Shown: positions 1 through 15,250 of the stretch, piece by piece
Position numbering within the stretch: position 1 is the stretch's first letter
Layout: the number at the start of each line of letters is the position of its first letter
From: Eledone cirrhosa
Lineage: Eukaryota
DNA: 64,000 bases
Assembly (NCBI GenBank): GCA_964016885.1
Contig: OZ024740.1
Span: forward strand, 264,492,001 to 264,556,000
Direction of reading: 5' to 3'
Made by a program: the position numbers and the translations under genes
The notes under the pieces: model-generated
The model's input: the letters and a program-made list of their open reading frames with translations, nothing else
Told to the model about the DNA's origin: nothing
Database searches by the model: none

Positions 1-1312
1 CTAGAAAAATAATGTCAATTTGGATCGAAGTGGTATGTTCATATGATAAATTGACTATGAAGTTATTCGTGTTTAGGTAGCAGGTTCGTAAGATTACCCA
101 AAACCCGGTCTGGCCAAGAGGAAGACTATAGCGGAGGTAGGCCCGACTGAACATACGCTGTGCAGCTTCCTGGTGGGAAAACAATGGGTGGATGATGGTG
201 TTATTCCACGTTGTTTAATGGTAAGTCTACCGCCGGTAAGTCAGGCCGAGGTGCGGTTTGAGAGCCTCGGGTATTATAGTGATTATTCAGTATCTGTGGT
301 CTATCTTTAGAATGATTGTTGTAGTCGGGGGCTGCAATTGATAACAGTTTCGGCCCGACTATGCTTGCAATATTTAAATGTTTCTACTTTTGGGACAAGG
401 CCAGCAATTAATCCAGTGCATTACTGGTACTTTATTTTATCGACCGCGTAAGGATGAAAGGCAAAGTTAACCTCGGTGTGATTTGAACTCAGACAATAAA
501 GGGCCGTAACTCTTTGCTGCAAAGCATGGCGTCCGACCCTCTACCGATACTGCCAATCAACCAATACAGTTTCATTAGGCAGAGTTTGGATAATATAATT
601 AGCGAGGGAAGTAGGGTTTCTAAGTTTCCTATTCCTAAACGAGTGGAGATGCGCTCGAAATCTAGTCAAGCAGTAGCCTCTGAGTTGACAGTTGACAGGG
701 TTACGACAGTTGCGTTATTATAGTTATAATCATGCGAAATAGTGCTATTTCTATTTCTCGTGTTATAGCGTTTCTAACCATGTCCACGGTCACACTACTA
801 GCGCTGCAATTAGTTTCTAAGGTGGCGTTATTGTGTATGCTATTTCTAATACTAAGAGACCTGTCCTGGTTACTAATATCGTTATCGTGCAGGGCGACAG
901 AATTGTTAAGGTTGACCGAGTTGTCAAGTTCCCTAAAATTCTCATTACAGGCATGTTGTATTCTAGTGAGCGCTTACTCTGGTTGCTTATTGCTATGAGG
1001 TCGGCTAGATTAGGTGTAGTAGAATAAGAAATCTTGACGTTATTCTTATTGAGGATGTTCTAGTATCTGTGGTTAGGTGGGAAGTTCCTCAAGGCGTCGA
1101 AAAGTATTCTGGGTAAATTGGAGGCTACACTCCGAGGGTAGGGGTGCTGGAACCATAGGACATTACGCCGGCTTTTTCGCGTTGTTTTGGGGTTATTGCG
1201 GGGGTTATTGCCGTTGTGGGTGTCCCTATCAAGGCAGCAGGGCTGCTGGCTAATGTGGGCTCTGTTAGCATTATGCCTATGTTTACGACCACCCCCAGTG
1301 CGGCTGTTCTGG
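1..1312 (-). mobile_element. Decayed Penelope-like element (PLE), 3' part (RT C-terminal/linker and GIY-YIG region), interrupted by a SINE
   Basis: Minus-strand translation gives RRNVLWFQHPY (PLE 'R..IWFNPP' motif) and LNKNNVKISYSTTPNLA, also seen in the PLE at 46.8 kb. Many stops and frameshifts. Confidence 0.75.
375..562 (-). mobile_element. tRNA-derived SINE, inserted in the PLE remnant
   Basis: Reverse complement has A-box-like TGGCAGTATCGG, B-box GAGTTCAAATC and body ...TTTGCCTTTCATCCTTACG..GTCGATAAAATAAAGTACCAG; homologous to 1995-2184, 8836-9029 and 21097-21290. Confidence 0.85.
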
Positions 1313-1975
1313 CCTAAACCCGAATAACTTCCTAGACAATTGATCATATGAACATACAACTTCAATCGAAATTGACATTATTTTTCTAGGCCTTCAAGTT
1401 CTCACCCAACGTGCATTAGTTATACCTGTGTGTGGTCTTTAACGACTTTACCAATAGTCTATCATAGTCACACCTTAACACGGTTTCATTTATACTGAAT
1501 TGACCAACCCTGCATATGTTAATTCCTTTTAAATAATAATTAAAAAAATTGTCCATAGCTGGTACTGGTCATAGGTTAAACAGTAAACTTTAAACTTGCA
1601 CCGTAATTACCTCCCTTGGCAAACTATACTCCTTCACCGTGTTTATAAGTTTAACATTTTAATTTAATATGCATGGCGATGTAAAACTATTATTTTCCCC
1701 TCTTAGGGTTTGTAATTAAAACCTTTGCCTTTAATATCTACCTCCGACGAGCGCCATTGGCCGAAACATGTGTAAGACCTATATAAATATATGTTTTAAC
1801 GGCTTGTAACTCTTTCATTAATTGTTTTGCATATTACAGCTCTGCTTAACCATTACACTAAATATTAACCATGATAACTCGAGCATTGAGCACTTACGCA
1901 TCCGCTTTTGGCATGTAATTTTGGCACCTCTTTATACCTCTTCTTTCTAACCTCTTTTACGATACTGTAACCTAT
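1313..1975 (+). mobile_element. Inverted pseudo-LTR (pLTR) copy of the adjacent PLE, with degenerate hammerhead motif at about 1744-1772
   Basis: 1313-1389 is the reverse complement of 1-77 (CCTAAAC..GAATAACTTC...TTGACATTATTTTTCTAG). Downstream is CCGACGA-gcgccattggcc-GAAA-CATG-T (palindromic ACATGT). Right boundary approximate. Confidence 0.6.
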
Positions 1976-1994
1976 TATTATATATGTATATATA

Positions 1995-2184
1995 GGGCGG
2001 TGGATTGGCAGTATCGGTAGAGGATCGGACGCCATGCTTTCCAGCATAGTTACGTCCCTTTACGATCTGAGTTCAAATCCCGCCGAGGTTGACTTTGCTT
2101 TTAATCCTTACCAGGTCAATAAAATAAAGTACCAGTAATGAACTGGTTAATTGCTGGCCTTGTGCCCAAAGTAGAAACAATTAT
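1995..2184 (+). mobile_element. tRNA-derived SINE, full length
   Basis: GGGCGGTGGATTGGCAGTATCGGTAGA (A box) ... GAGTTCAAATCCCGCC (B box) ... AAAGTACCAG ... AAAGTAGAAACAATT; several copies in the window. Confidence 0.88.
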
Positions 2185-2638
2185 ATATGCATATATATAT
2201 ATATATATACACATCTACATTATCACCATATTATATGTGTAGATATATAAACATTTACCACATTACATGAAGACAAACATACCCATTCGTAACCTTACAC
2301 ATACACACACATGAATGATCACAGACATATCGTGCAAATAATTGCGCGCACGCACACCTATACAGATACATAAGCACATGTAAACATTTATATTTATATA
2401 TATATATATATATTTATATATATCAATATATATATGTACACATACACACACATATATATATGTGTGTGTATACACATACATATAAATATATATATATATA
2501 TATTACTATCTTACTTTTATACCTGTTCCAGCCATCCGGTTGTTTGAAACGAGTTTGATCATTACTCAACAGAGTGTATATGTATATATATATGTGTATA
2601 TACATCTCAAGAAAGAGGAATTTAGGTCGATAGAATGG

Positions 2639-2674
<36 letters not shown>

Positions 2675-2835
2675 AGAGCTTCAGAAATTGACAAGTAGAT
2701 ATACAGAAAGAAAATTTAGAAGACAATTTATGTTTCCTACTTTTCATTTCTGAGTCTCTTTCAACTCTCGTACGTGGCTAAATGTTATGCTTTTCAAAGT
2801 TCTTTCTCACCCACTATCTCTCTCTCTCTCTCTCG

Positions 2836-2875
<40 letters not shown>

Positions 2876-2982
2876 ATTTCTCTCTCTCTCTCTATCTCTC
2901 TCTTCTCCTCTCTCTATTCCTCTCTCTCTCTATTTCTCTTTTTCTCCCATTCTATCGATCTAAATTTCTCTTTCTTTAGATG

Positions 2983-3037
<55 letters not shown>

Positions 3038-3978
3038 CCAATCCATCTTTATCTACCTCTTTTCTTTTTCTCTATATTAATAGCAGTTTAGATTGATGTC
3101 AAATATTAGCCTAGAGTAGAAAAGAACAAAAGAAAGAAAACAACAGTTTTTATATATAAGACAAGAGAAGGAATACTTGCTGTAATTCTCTGCAGCAACC
3201 TGAAACTTTCTGCAAACTATTATGAGTATTATGCTATTACATTTATGTGTGTCAAAAGATATTTATCTCTTAGTTTTTGAAAGGATATTGAAATATAATG
3301 TAATCAATCCTAAAGGTCTAACCCAAAGGTAAAGCGAGGTTTAATTATCACATATACAATTCCGTTTATCTTTTACATCACAGAAAATATTGAAAATATA
3401 ATGAAAGTGGAGTGGCCCGTATGATGGAAATTATAATAGGAAAAACAATACGAAAAATGAAAACTACAAAACAAGTACATTACTATCAAAAATTACAACA
3501 GACGCAACAAAAAGAGTATACGGGACTGCGTCCACAGGCCAATATCGTTACATTTTAGTTTAGCATAGAAAGGAAATGACAAAGACTAAGACAAAGATGA
3601 TGTTAAAGAAATGTCTCAATTGAATAGAAGCTATCATCATTGACGAATTTACATTTGCAGACGAGAAAGATAAATTAAAACCTTTCCGTTAGGTACGTAT
3701 CCGAAAATAGAAATATTAAAATAAAAAGATAGGCGACTGAGGAATGGCTAAGTAATGAAACAATTGACATCTACATTACCAATATATTTCATAGACAATA
3801 TCCTCAAGCACACGTAAATGATATAGTCTTTGAGAAGAATAACGATACACTGAAATAAATGTGATGATTTCAAGAGAGGAGATAGGTTGGAAATTGTCAA
3901 TACTGACAATTATGCTGAAATATTTTAAAGATAAATAGTGTGATAGAAATAACAGTCTCAGGTGAATTGATACAATGG

Positions 3979-4231
<253 letters not shown>

Positions 4232-4581
4232 AGTACGAAAATGCGATGTAGTTGCAGATGTTGATGTCCTTTATTGGTAAGACTGTGATACATATTTCAA
4301 TGATGTGAGCGGCAACACGATATTGCGCAACCAGTGCCCTGGTCTCATCAGACAGCTTCATTACAGAATAAGGTTACGGTCTCGAGATGTATGGTAGAGG
4401 TTTGTGTTTCGGTTCATTCGTTGGTTTGGGGTGTCTAGGTTCCTGTATATATATATATATATAAACGTTTGGAGTTGTAAGGTCAAGACAATGCAGGTAT
4501 GGATATAGAATATAAATGCAAATGCAAAAGATATTATTGACAATTTGTATTTTGATTTAATTTATTTAAATAACTTCCTCC

Positions 4582-5052
<471 letters not shown>

Positions 5053-5342
5053 GAAAGTATGGAAATTATTGTGAGCGTGAAGCCAACAGTATTTCATCAT
5101 ATATAAGTGACTATAACGTCAAAATGGAAAAATACTCCCTCCCGTAATGTCAGTAGACGGGAGGGAGTAGTTGGCTTTGATAATCATCAATAAATGCAGA
5201 AACAAGGCCTTGTCAGCTTTATCTCCCCCTGTTTGCTGAAATTAAAGTCAGTGAGTCTGTCACTACTCTAAAACAATAGCATACGGTCTTCAAAATGCTT
5301 TTAATTAAGCATAAAGTGTATTACAAAATACACTATATATAC

Positions 5343-5501
<159 letters not shown>

Positions 5502-5834
5502 CATGTACATATATGTACATATATATATACACACACTTATATATACATATATGTACATATATATACACACACTTATATATACAGACATGTAACAGCTATA
5601 ATGTCTCATATTTAGATATATTATTCCATCGTGTAAAAATATTTAGATTTTTAGCAGTTAAGCAACTACAGTGCCAATCTATGCTGTGGGTTTTAGGTCT
5701 CTAAATTATTTATTTGTAGATTTTGAGGTCTATCGTTTCTAACCGTATGAACATTTTAATTGCACGTTGTCCATCATGTTTATACTAATGAGAATACTGA
5801 TTGACTTTTTAGTAAATTCATTTTCCCACTTGCT

Positions 5835-6335
5835 TCTTGGCGGATGATAGAATCGCTAGACCGTCGGACAACATGCTTTGTGGCATATAGTTACGTCCCT
5901 TTACGTTCTGAGCTCATAGTCCGCTGAGGTTAGGTTTGCCTTTCATCCTTGTGATGTGATATGCAAGTCCGGTAACTACTGAGAGAGTTGTAGGGGCGCC
6001 TTAGTGACATGCGGCGTTTCTTCGGCATTTTAAGTATGGTGTTCATCCATCTTTAGGTCTGAACACTGTAGATTTATTCAAGAAAAGAATAGAGATTTAG
6101 AGAATGGACGTGCCAAAGAGATATAGAGGAAGAATTGACCTCAGTAGTATACTAGTACATTTTTTATCGACCTCGAAATGGTGAAAGCCAAAGCTCTGGC
6201 CTCGGATTTGAACTCAGAGTGAAGAGAGCCAGAAAAAATACCGCAAGGTATTCTAACTGACGTTCTATCGACTCAGCAAATTCGCCGTATGCTTTTCATC
6301 CTTACGGGCTCGATCAATTAAAGTACTAGTAATGC
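5835..6335. mobile_element. Cluster of old, diverged SINE fragments (about 5835-5960 +, 6125-6290 -, 6290-6335 +)
   Basis: TAGTTACGTCCCTTTACGTTCTGAG, TTTGCCTTTCATCCTT, GATTTGAACTCAGA and TTTCATCCTTACGGG.TCGAT match the SINE body. Confidence 0.65.
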
Positions 6336-6948
6336 CGAACCCTACAACCATTTGTGTGAGTTTCGTATATTTTTTACCATGATTCAATTACAGAAATGTC
6401 GTATCACCTTAATCGGTAATGCCCTGAATCATATTGATATTATAGATCCAATATCTGTGTTGGAAACATTTCTATTCAAAATGTTGTATTTCTAAAATTG
6501 TTCATGTTGTATTGATCCGTTCATATCAGCTATAGATTTTAAAATGATATGAAGTTATAGAACTAAGAGTAATGTGATGAAATCAATATGGATTTCACCA
6601 GGACGTGTATTATCAATCACAGATCTACAGTATAAAATGTGGGTTGTATTAACATTATTAATAAGCTTTTGTAAGGACTCTTATTTTTATGCCATTGGAT
6701 AGACTGAAATCCAAATGAAAGATTTCCGAATAGCAGTTTTATTTGCTTAATCTCCTAATCATATTAATATGACGTTCTTTTCAAATAACACAAAAGGAAA
6801 ATATCTGTGGAAATTCGTGTTTGGCTAAAAAGTAAAAGAAACGATTTCAAATGCAATGCATAATCAGTCGATTTCATGTGTCTCTTCAAATAATGGGGCT
6901 ATTGATAACTAGATATGTCGACCCCGAAACAGATATCCATACAAGAAA

Positions 6949-8030
<1,082 letters not shown>

Positions 8031-8062
8031 TGTATGTATATATATATATATATATATATATT

Positions 8063-8500
8063 TATACAATGATATTAAATAAATGGAAACTATATTTATA
8101 AAACCATATTTATTCTATTATATATATTTCAAGGGTACCAACCTTTTGGTACGCTATCATCAGATAAAATACAAAATGTTTTATAAATATTTGACATAAC
8201 CAAGGATAAATACCTTAACGGTTCAAGTTATCCCTGGAAAGTTGATAACTTGAACCGTTAAGGTATATTATCCTTGGTCATGTCAAATATTTATGAAACA
8301 TTTTGTATTTTATCTGATGATAGCGTACCAAAATTTTGGTTTTCTTGAAATATAGATAATATAATAAATATGGTTTTATAAATATTGTTTCCATTTATTT
8401 AATATCATTGTATATTATAGTCCAGAAAACTGTTGAGTGCTCTGAATATGTTATAATCATTTATACTTGTTGAATTACCAACAAATTGAATATCCCTTTT
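8063..8500. mobile_element. Palindromic short element in (AT)n (HHR family C); arms 8063-8232 / 8244-8414
   Basis: About 170-bp inverted arms with an 11-nt spacer. HHR cores at 8111-8171 (-) and 8306-8366 (+): UAUUUUAU-CUGAUGA-helix II-GAAA-UAUAUA-UA-AUAGAAUA. Confidence 0.8.
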
Positions 8501-8501
8501 G

Positions 8502-8555
<54 letters not shown>

Positions 8556-8835
8556 GTTCAAGAGTAACCAATCTTAAAGAGAGGAGATACGAGAGGAGAG
8601 ATTGGTGAATTAGTTAGAAGCCAAAGCGTAAAGGCATGTGCTCAATGTGCAATATGCATTGGAAAGCAGCTAGGTGGCTGTGTTCATGCAGAGGTTAGGT
8701 GCGCAGAGCTGGAAATATTCATTAGTTAAGCAAAACTAGACCAAAAATTTCACAAGGAAGACATTATTAAAAGAGTGTCAACATATTTTAATTTGATGTA
8801 AGAAATGTAGAGAATAATAATAATATTATTAATAA

Positions 8836-9029
8836 TAATTGTTACTACTTTTGGCACAAGGCCAGCAATTATCCAGTGCATTACTGGTACTATATTTTAT
8901 CGACCACGTAAGGATGAAAGGCAAAGTTAACCTCGGCGGGATTTGAACTCAGAATGGAAAAGGCCGTAACTCTATGCGTCAAAGCATGGCGTCCCTCTAC
9001 GCTCTACCGATAATTCCAAGCCACCGCCC
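8836..9029 (-). mobile_element. tRNA-derived SINE
   Basis: Reverse-complement match to 1995-2184, including A/B boxes and an (ATT)n-like tail. Confidence 0.85.
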
Positions 9030-9269
9030 TATAATAATATTAATAACAATAATGTCCGTTTACAATTGTTTCGCTACTCCATATAGTATTTCTGGATCAA
9101 ATGACAATATATCATTATTGATCTGGTTCAATTGAAAATAATCAACATATTTAAAAACAGAGCGGCTCATCGGAACTTCAAAGAAATATAAATTAAAATA
9201 AGGAGAGAATGTTACATAATGTAATGTTCCATATATTGGTATTTCACTATGGTGTCCTGGGTGTATCAA

Positions 9270-10730
9270 TTGTCAGCCATAATCAAGCAGTATTCATCTG
9301 TCGAGGCTGCATTGTGTGAGATCAGCCTATGGGTAACAAGATGGACATATTTACCTTACTAATTAGAGGGTGGTTTCAGGGGAAGTAACTCCTCGAGAGA
9401 TTAGAAATTGTGGGTAGTTTATAGTTAAGTGCTAATTTTTTAATTTTTTAATTGAGAGACAATGTAGGGGAGGTAACTTATAATTATCTAAGTTAGTTAT
9501 AGCTATTTAACTTATTAGCTACAAGTAAAAATGGGGCTAGATGTCTATGTTGGGTCAAATATTCTGTTGGCGAAGGAATTAGCCCTTCGACAGCTAATAG
9601 TTACCTTCGTTCCATCGTTAATCGGTAGAGGACGTGTTCGGTAATACAGAGATCACAAGATTGTCTTCGTCCATTGAACGGTAGGGCCCTAGCTAAGATA
9701 TCTCATGTTAGTTAGTGTTCAATGTTGGTTAATTTAAGGTTATTAATGAGCCTAGCTAGAGATGTCGAACATCTGTTGTTAGGGTCTCGGAAGGGAAAAG
9801 AATGCGCATTATAGCGTACCTTAAAAGGGTTAGACTTAGACCCGATATAGGAGCTGGTATTCGAAGCAGTTTTAACCGTGCACCTATACACTATGTTGGC
9901 TCGGTTAGGTGTTGTGGAGAATGAGATTTTAATGTTATTTTTATTAAAGAGTTTGTAATATCTATGTTTGGGGTGGGAGGGGGAATGTTTAGATAGGATA
10001 GAGAAGAAGCGTTTAGGGATATTAGTGGCTAGATTAGATGAGAATGGAGAGTTAAGCCAGGTGATATTTTAGGCCTATTCCTTCTGGTGGTTCTAGTGGA
10101 GTTGGTAGGGGCCTTCCTAGGGTTATTATTACCTGGGGATTTGTTATTTGTCATCCCATTTCTCATTCCTATTCTAGGGTTGATTTTTAGTTTGCTACTT
10201 GGAGTGGGGAGCAGGCCCCCGCCACCATTAAAGTTCCGTTTGTAGGTGCTGTAACTGCTAAAATTCTGGCAAATCTGGCTATATGCTAAGGTTTTTCTAG
10301 TTCTAGTGTTAAGTTTATTATGGTGAATTGCTGTGTTATGGCATTTAGGTATGTAGTAAATGGATTGTTCATAACTAGATTCAGAAAGAGCCTTATTATA
10401 ATATGGTGCATGGTTTATAAATATCTCCTCATTTGCTGATAGCATGGAGATCCAATACGAGATAGATTTGATTACTGCTCTGATGGCTGCTGGTGGGTGG
10501 TTAGAGTGTGGGCTAATATATGTGAGTATTTCACCTGGTTTATGGTAAGGGTAATATAGGTCATTGTTGAGATCCAGGGTGACGTCTAGGAAGTTTACTA
10601 CTTTATGGTTCGGCTCGATGGTGATAGAGAGACCGTTATTTTTAAAGAATATATGTAATTGTTTTTTTAGAAAATCAATGCCCCGATTAGTGCAATTGTG
10701 GACTGCAAATAGGTGATGGTATCACCTACA
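9270..10730 (-). mobile_element. Decayed PLE (RT C-terminus, thumb, GIY-YIG)
   Basis: Minus strand encodes VVNFLDVTLDL...YHKPGEILTYISPHSNHPPA...LSANEEIF...APYYNKAL and FNKNNIKISFSTTPN. Left boundary approximate. Confidence 0.8.
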
Positions 10731-10769
10731 AATTGTGGTCCAACCCCGGCCAAGTCATTAGATGGTTCT

Positions 10770-11058
10770 CCGATCTAAGGTCGAAGTAATCTATGAAGTT
10801 CATCCAATTTGACATCGACAGCTGTTACGCTTCAATAACCCCGGAACTGCTCAACAAAGTATTAACCCTAGCCAGCACCAGCTCGGACATAACCAATAAT
10901 GAGATTGATATCATAATTATGGCTAGGCAGACCATCATTGAATTAAATGGAGCACTCTGGGCTAGAAAAGACAGAACAGACAACTTTGACATCACGATGC
11001 GCTTAAGTGACTGCGCAAATCACCGATCTAGTTGGACTTCACATATTACATAACATCA
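10770..11058 (+). mobile_element. Inverted RT segment of the same PLE
   Basis: ORF 10793-11053: FIQFDIDSCYASITPELL...FDITM, then ITDLVGLHILH in another frame (PLE RT motifs preceding the YxDD region). Confidence 0.75.
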
Positions 11059-11126
11059 TATATATATAAATATTCACATATTACATAACATCATATATAT
11101 AAATATATATATATGATGTTATGTAT

Positions 11127-11158
<32 letters not shown>

Positions 11159-11215
11159 ATATATAAGTATGTGTGTATACGTACATACATATATGTATAC
11201 AGACGAACAGTAGCA

Positions 11216-11321
<106 letters not shown>

Positions 11322-11459
11322 TACATACAGGTACACATACATACATGCACGTATCAGTTTAGCGGACGCTTATTATAACGCCGCCTTGTTCGTTTGTAAA
11401 CAAACTGAACAGCCTGAATGTTATGCCGTACGGTGTTAAGGCAACCACGTCACCTTTTT

Positions 11460-11546
11460 GTTCAACACTGACACAGGAACGATGTACTAGTTTCAAGCTT
11501 GTTAGCTATCATCAGCACCGTATACCCTTCTGCCAGATAGTTGAAC
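11460..11546 (-). ncRNA. Type I hammerhead ribozyme, family B (mirror copy)
   Basis: Reverse complement of 11979-12065. Confidence 0.88.
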
Positions 11547-11687
11547 GTTCGAAAGTATATACTTTCCTTATGAAAATTAACGGCATAAAATTCAGGCTGT
11601 TCAGTTTGTTTACAAACGAACAAAGCGGCGTTATAATAAGCGTCCGCTAAACTGATACGTGCATGTTTGTATGTGTACCTGTATGTA

Positions 11688-11767
<80 letters not shown>

Positions 11768-11978
11768 TGCTACTGTACGTCTGTATACATATATGTATGT
11801 ACGTATACACGCATACTTACATTTAAGTAAGTGCCGCACTAAGAGTGAGAAATGAAATTTCTTTTTCATTTTATTTCAACTTATCGTTTTCGGTATGCCT
11901 GACCGACTTAACTCACTCGATATGCAAATTAGGCTGCTCAGCCGTTAATTTTCATAAGGAAAGTATATACTTTCGAAC

Positions 11979-12065
11979 GTTCAACTATCTGGCAGAAGGG
12001 TATACGGTGCTGATGATAGCTAACAAGCTTGAAACTAGTACATCGTTCCTGTGTCAGTGTTGAAC
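11979..12065 (+). ncRNA. Type I hammerhead ribozyme, family B
   Basis: ACGGUG-CUGAUGA(12010-16)-u AGCU aaca AGCU u-GAAA(12031-34)-CUAG-UA-CAUCGU. Helix I is extended by GGG/UCC, CUGGCA/UGUCAG and GUUCAAC/GUUGAAC. Predicted cleavage after 12040. Confidence 0.9.
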
Positions 12066-12997
12066 AAAAAGGTGACGTGGTTGCCTTAACACCGTACGGC
12101 ATAACATTCAGGCTGTTCAGTTTGTTTACAAACGAACAAAGCGGCGTTATAATAAGCGTCCGCTAAACTGATACGTGCATGTATGTATGTGTACCTGTAT
12201 GTATATATGTATATATATATATATATATATATGAATGCTACTGTACGTCTGTATACATATATATATGTACGTATACACACATACTTACATTTAAGTAAGT
12301 GCCGTATTAAGAGTGAGAAATGAAATTTCGTTTGCATTTTATTTCAACTTATATATATATATATATATAGTAATAATAATAAATTTGAAGACTAAAATCC
12401 AAAGAGGGCTCGATAAGGATAAATATATATCAAATATATAAGAACCGTAGAGCAAATATCTATTAAAATAACAGATTAAAGTTTAAGCAAAGAATCGCTG
12501 CTTTCACCCTTAACGGGATCTTCTGAAACTAACAAAGTCAATCTGTAAACGCAGAACTGGATATTTCAAAAAATGTTGCAACCGGAGGAAGACAGGAAGA
12601 CGATACTTTGTTTCGTGGAAACGTTCGCTGGCTGAGAACGGGAAAAAACGAATATAATACGTCATTAATAGGAGCGGTGAAAAACATTTACGCGCAAAGA
12701 CAGAACCACATTTATGGTATAAAAGAGGTCGTAGACTAATGTTCACTAGGTGTGCATAGAGACGTTCTCTGGCAATGAACGAAAAAACGAAGATAATACG
12801 TCATATGTGGAGCGTGGAGAACAATAGCACCCAAAGACATTTCAATAAATATATATATATATATCGTGATGATTTCTAAAGAACGAAACAGTTCAAATCC
12901 TGTAGAATCACTTCTATATTAAAACTGTTATACTCTGCTATGTATTGAGTACCTTACTTACTGTGGTTACATCCGATTCAACCCGGAATAACGTACG

Positions 12998-13036
<39 letters not shown>

Positions 13037-13041
<5 letters not shown>

Positions 13042-13228
13042 AACGAGTATGACCCAGACGGCTGAGCTCAAGCCTGTTTCGACGGCTAATTCTGGACGAA
13101 TTAGCCGTCGAAACGGCTTGAGCTCAGCCGTCGGGGTCCTACTCGTTCCTATTACCCACTTTACTACCCTAAGTATTGAGTACTTTGGTGCGTTATGGTC
13201 CACCTGGTTCCTTACCACATTTCCTTGG

Positions 13229-13230
<2 letters not shown>
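13037..13230. repeat. Short GC-rich palindromic insertion in (AT)n (arms about 13037-13091 / 13099-13152)
   Basis: AGGAACGAGTA..GACGGCTGAGCTCAAGCC.GTTTCGACGGCTAATT mirrored by AATTAGCCGTCGAAACGGCTTGAGCTCAGCCGTC..TACTCGTTCCT. Confidence 0.85.
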
Positions 13231-13282
<52 letters not shown>

Positions 13283-13288
<6 letters not shown>

Positions 13289-14830
13289 ATACTTTGGGAG
13301 GGTCATGTTGCCAATAAGAAACACACGCACCAGTTGCTTTCACTTCAATTTATTATATATTTATAAATTCATAAATTTACAAATTTATAAATTTCTGGTT
13401 GGTTGGTTCCACAACCAGATAGTTGTTTATATATAGTCATTGTTCTTTCGTCACACACTGTGTGACCTCTTCAGTGACTGGGGATTCCTTTCTTTGTTTC
13501 TGTGCCTCTCCTTTGTTCTGTCCTACGCCATTTTGTATTTGTGTGTGTGTTGTGTGCTCCATCTGCGCATGCGCCACATCCGGGTGTCTGTGTGTGTTTA
13601 TGTTCATTTATTTATTTGTTTATTTACATGTTACTGGTTGGTTGTTTGTTCTATGTGTGTGTGTGTTTTCATGTTGTCCTTAATTGTAAGTTGTGATGTT
13701 GCTGTTCCAGTCTTATCTTCTATTTAATTTTGGTTGTAATTCTTTTATGTTTATTGCCTCTGTAATTTGTCTAAACATTGCGTCTTTTCTGTGTGTAGAT
13801 TCTATTTTTATTTCTATGTTCTCTAATTTACCCTTGTGTTCTCTTTTAGCACGTTGGTAGAGTACAGATGATTCTTTATTATCTTGAAGGTCTCGCCAGT
13901 GTTCATTTATCCGTTCCCTACACTACGAGCTGTCTCACCTATGTACACTGTATTTTTGTCTCTACATTGTCCTTCAGTACATCTTATGCTATACACTACA
14001 TTTCTAGTTTTACAGTTAATATGGGGGCTTATTTTACAGGTTATACATTTTTTATCTATACATGAGGGTCTTTGAAAAGGGTATGTATTGCTAATAAGTG
14101 TTTTTACGGAGGTACCTGGTCTTTCTACTATCTTAATATTGAGTTTATGTTTATTTAGGGCCCTTCTAAATTTGTAAGCTAATTCACCTCTAGGGGTTGT
14201 ATTGATGAACATTACACTCTGGTATTTATTGCTATCATACCATGAGTTTATTCTATTAGTCTTGTTCCTAGTTCTTTCTATTCTATTCCAAAATTTGCTC
14301 CTATACAAGGGGCAGGTCCCATTTATGTCATTATTTACCATTTTTTCCCATTTGGTTCTGGCTCCTCTATACACTCTGATTTTATCTCTCTGATTGTAGC
14401 CAGAGAACTGCATACGGTGGATGAAGTGTTGTATGTGTCTCTCTAGTTCTTCGGGGTTGCACATGCGGGACACATTTCTCATCACCCGTACCAAATCCGC
14501 AATCAGTATGTTGATTTTGTTATGGTCCGAAATGGCCGAGTTTCGGTGGATCAGATGTTTGGAAGTCATGGGTTTGGCATAATGGGAATGGAGGATTTGT
14601 TTTTTGTTGTTAATGGTATCTAACCAGAGCTCTGTGTCTAGTACAGGTAATCGATGGTTGGGGTGTTTACTTGGGTAGTCTATAGTAACTCTAATGCCCT
14701 GGTGGATGGAGTTTGCTATTGCTGGATGCTTTCCATTGTGTTTTTCTCTAGTTCCTGACTGTTCTATAGTGGGGTGTCTTAAATACGATGTTTATATCAT
14801 CTACGTAGCGGGAGTACATTATCAGGGTTA
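13283..14830 (-). mobile_element. Penelope-like element, 5'-truncated: RT C-terminus + GIY-YIG + 3' pLTR with HHR at 13435-13479
   Basis: ORF 13907-14569 ends NCKTRNVVYSIRC...YIGETARS (GIY-YIG); upstream DYPSKHPNHRLPVLDTELW; 3' region homologous to 21515-22112. Confidence 0.88.
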
Positions 14831-14875
14831 AGGGGTCTTCTAATTGTTCTTTAAGTTTAAGTTTAAGTTTAAGTC

Positions 14876-15250
<375 letters not shown>

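Noticed and set aside
1995-2090. tRNA gene
   Set aside because: A/B boxes belong to the SINE head; no cloverleaf, and followed by the SINE body in every copy.
12619-12840. Degenerate ~140-bp-period direct repeat; similar weak duplication at 56058-56456 and a short inverted repeat at 55732-55844
   Set aside because: Too diverged to assign; no motif supports a function.
12866-12910. HHR-like remnants at 12866 (GTGATGA..GAAA), 24670 (CTGATGA..AAAA), 29814 (CAGATGA..GAAG), about 18515 and about 60735
   Set aside because: Core nucleotides mutated and helix I not convincingly paired; probably decayed copies, so not called as features.
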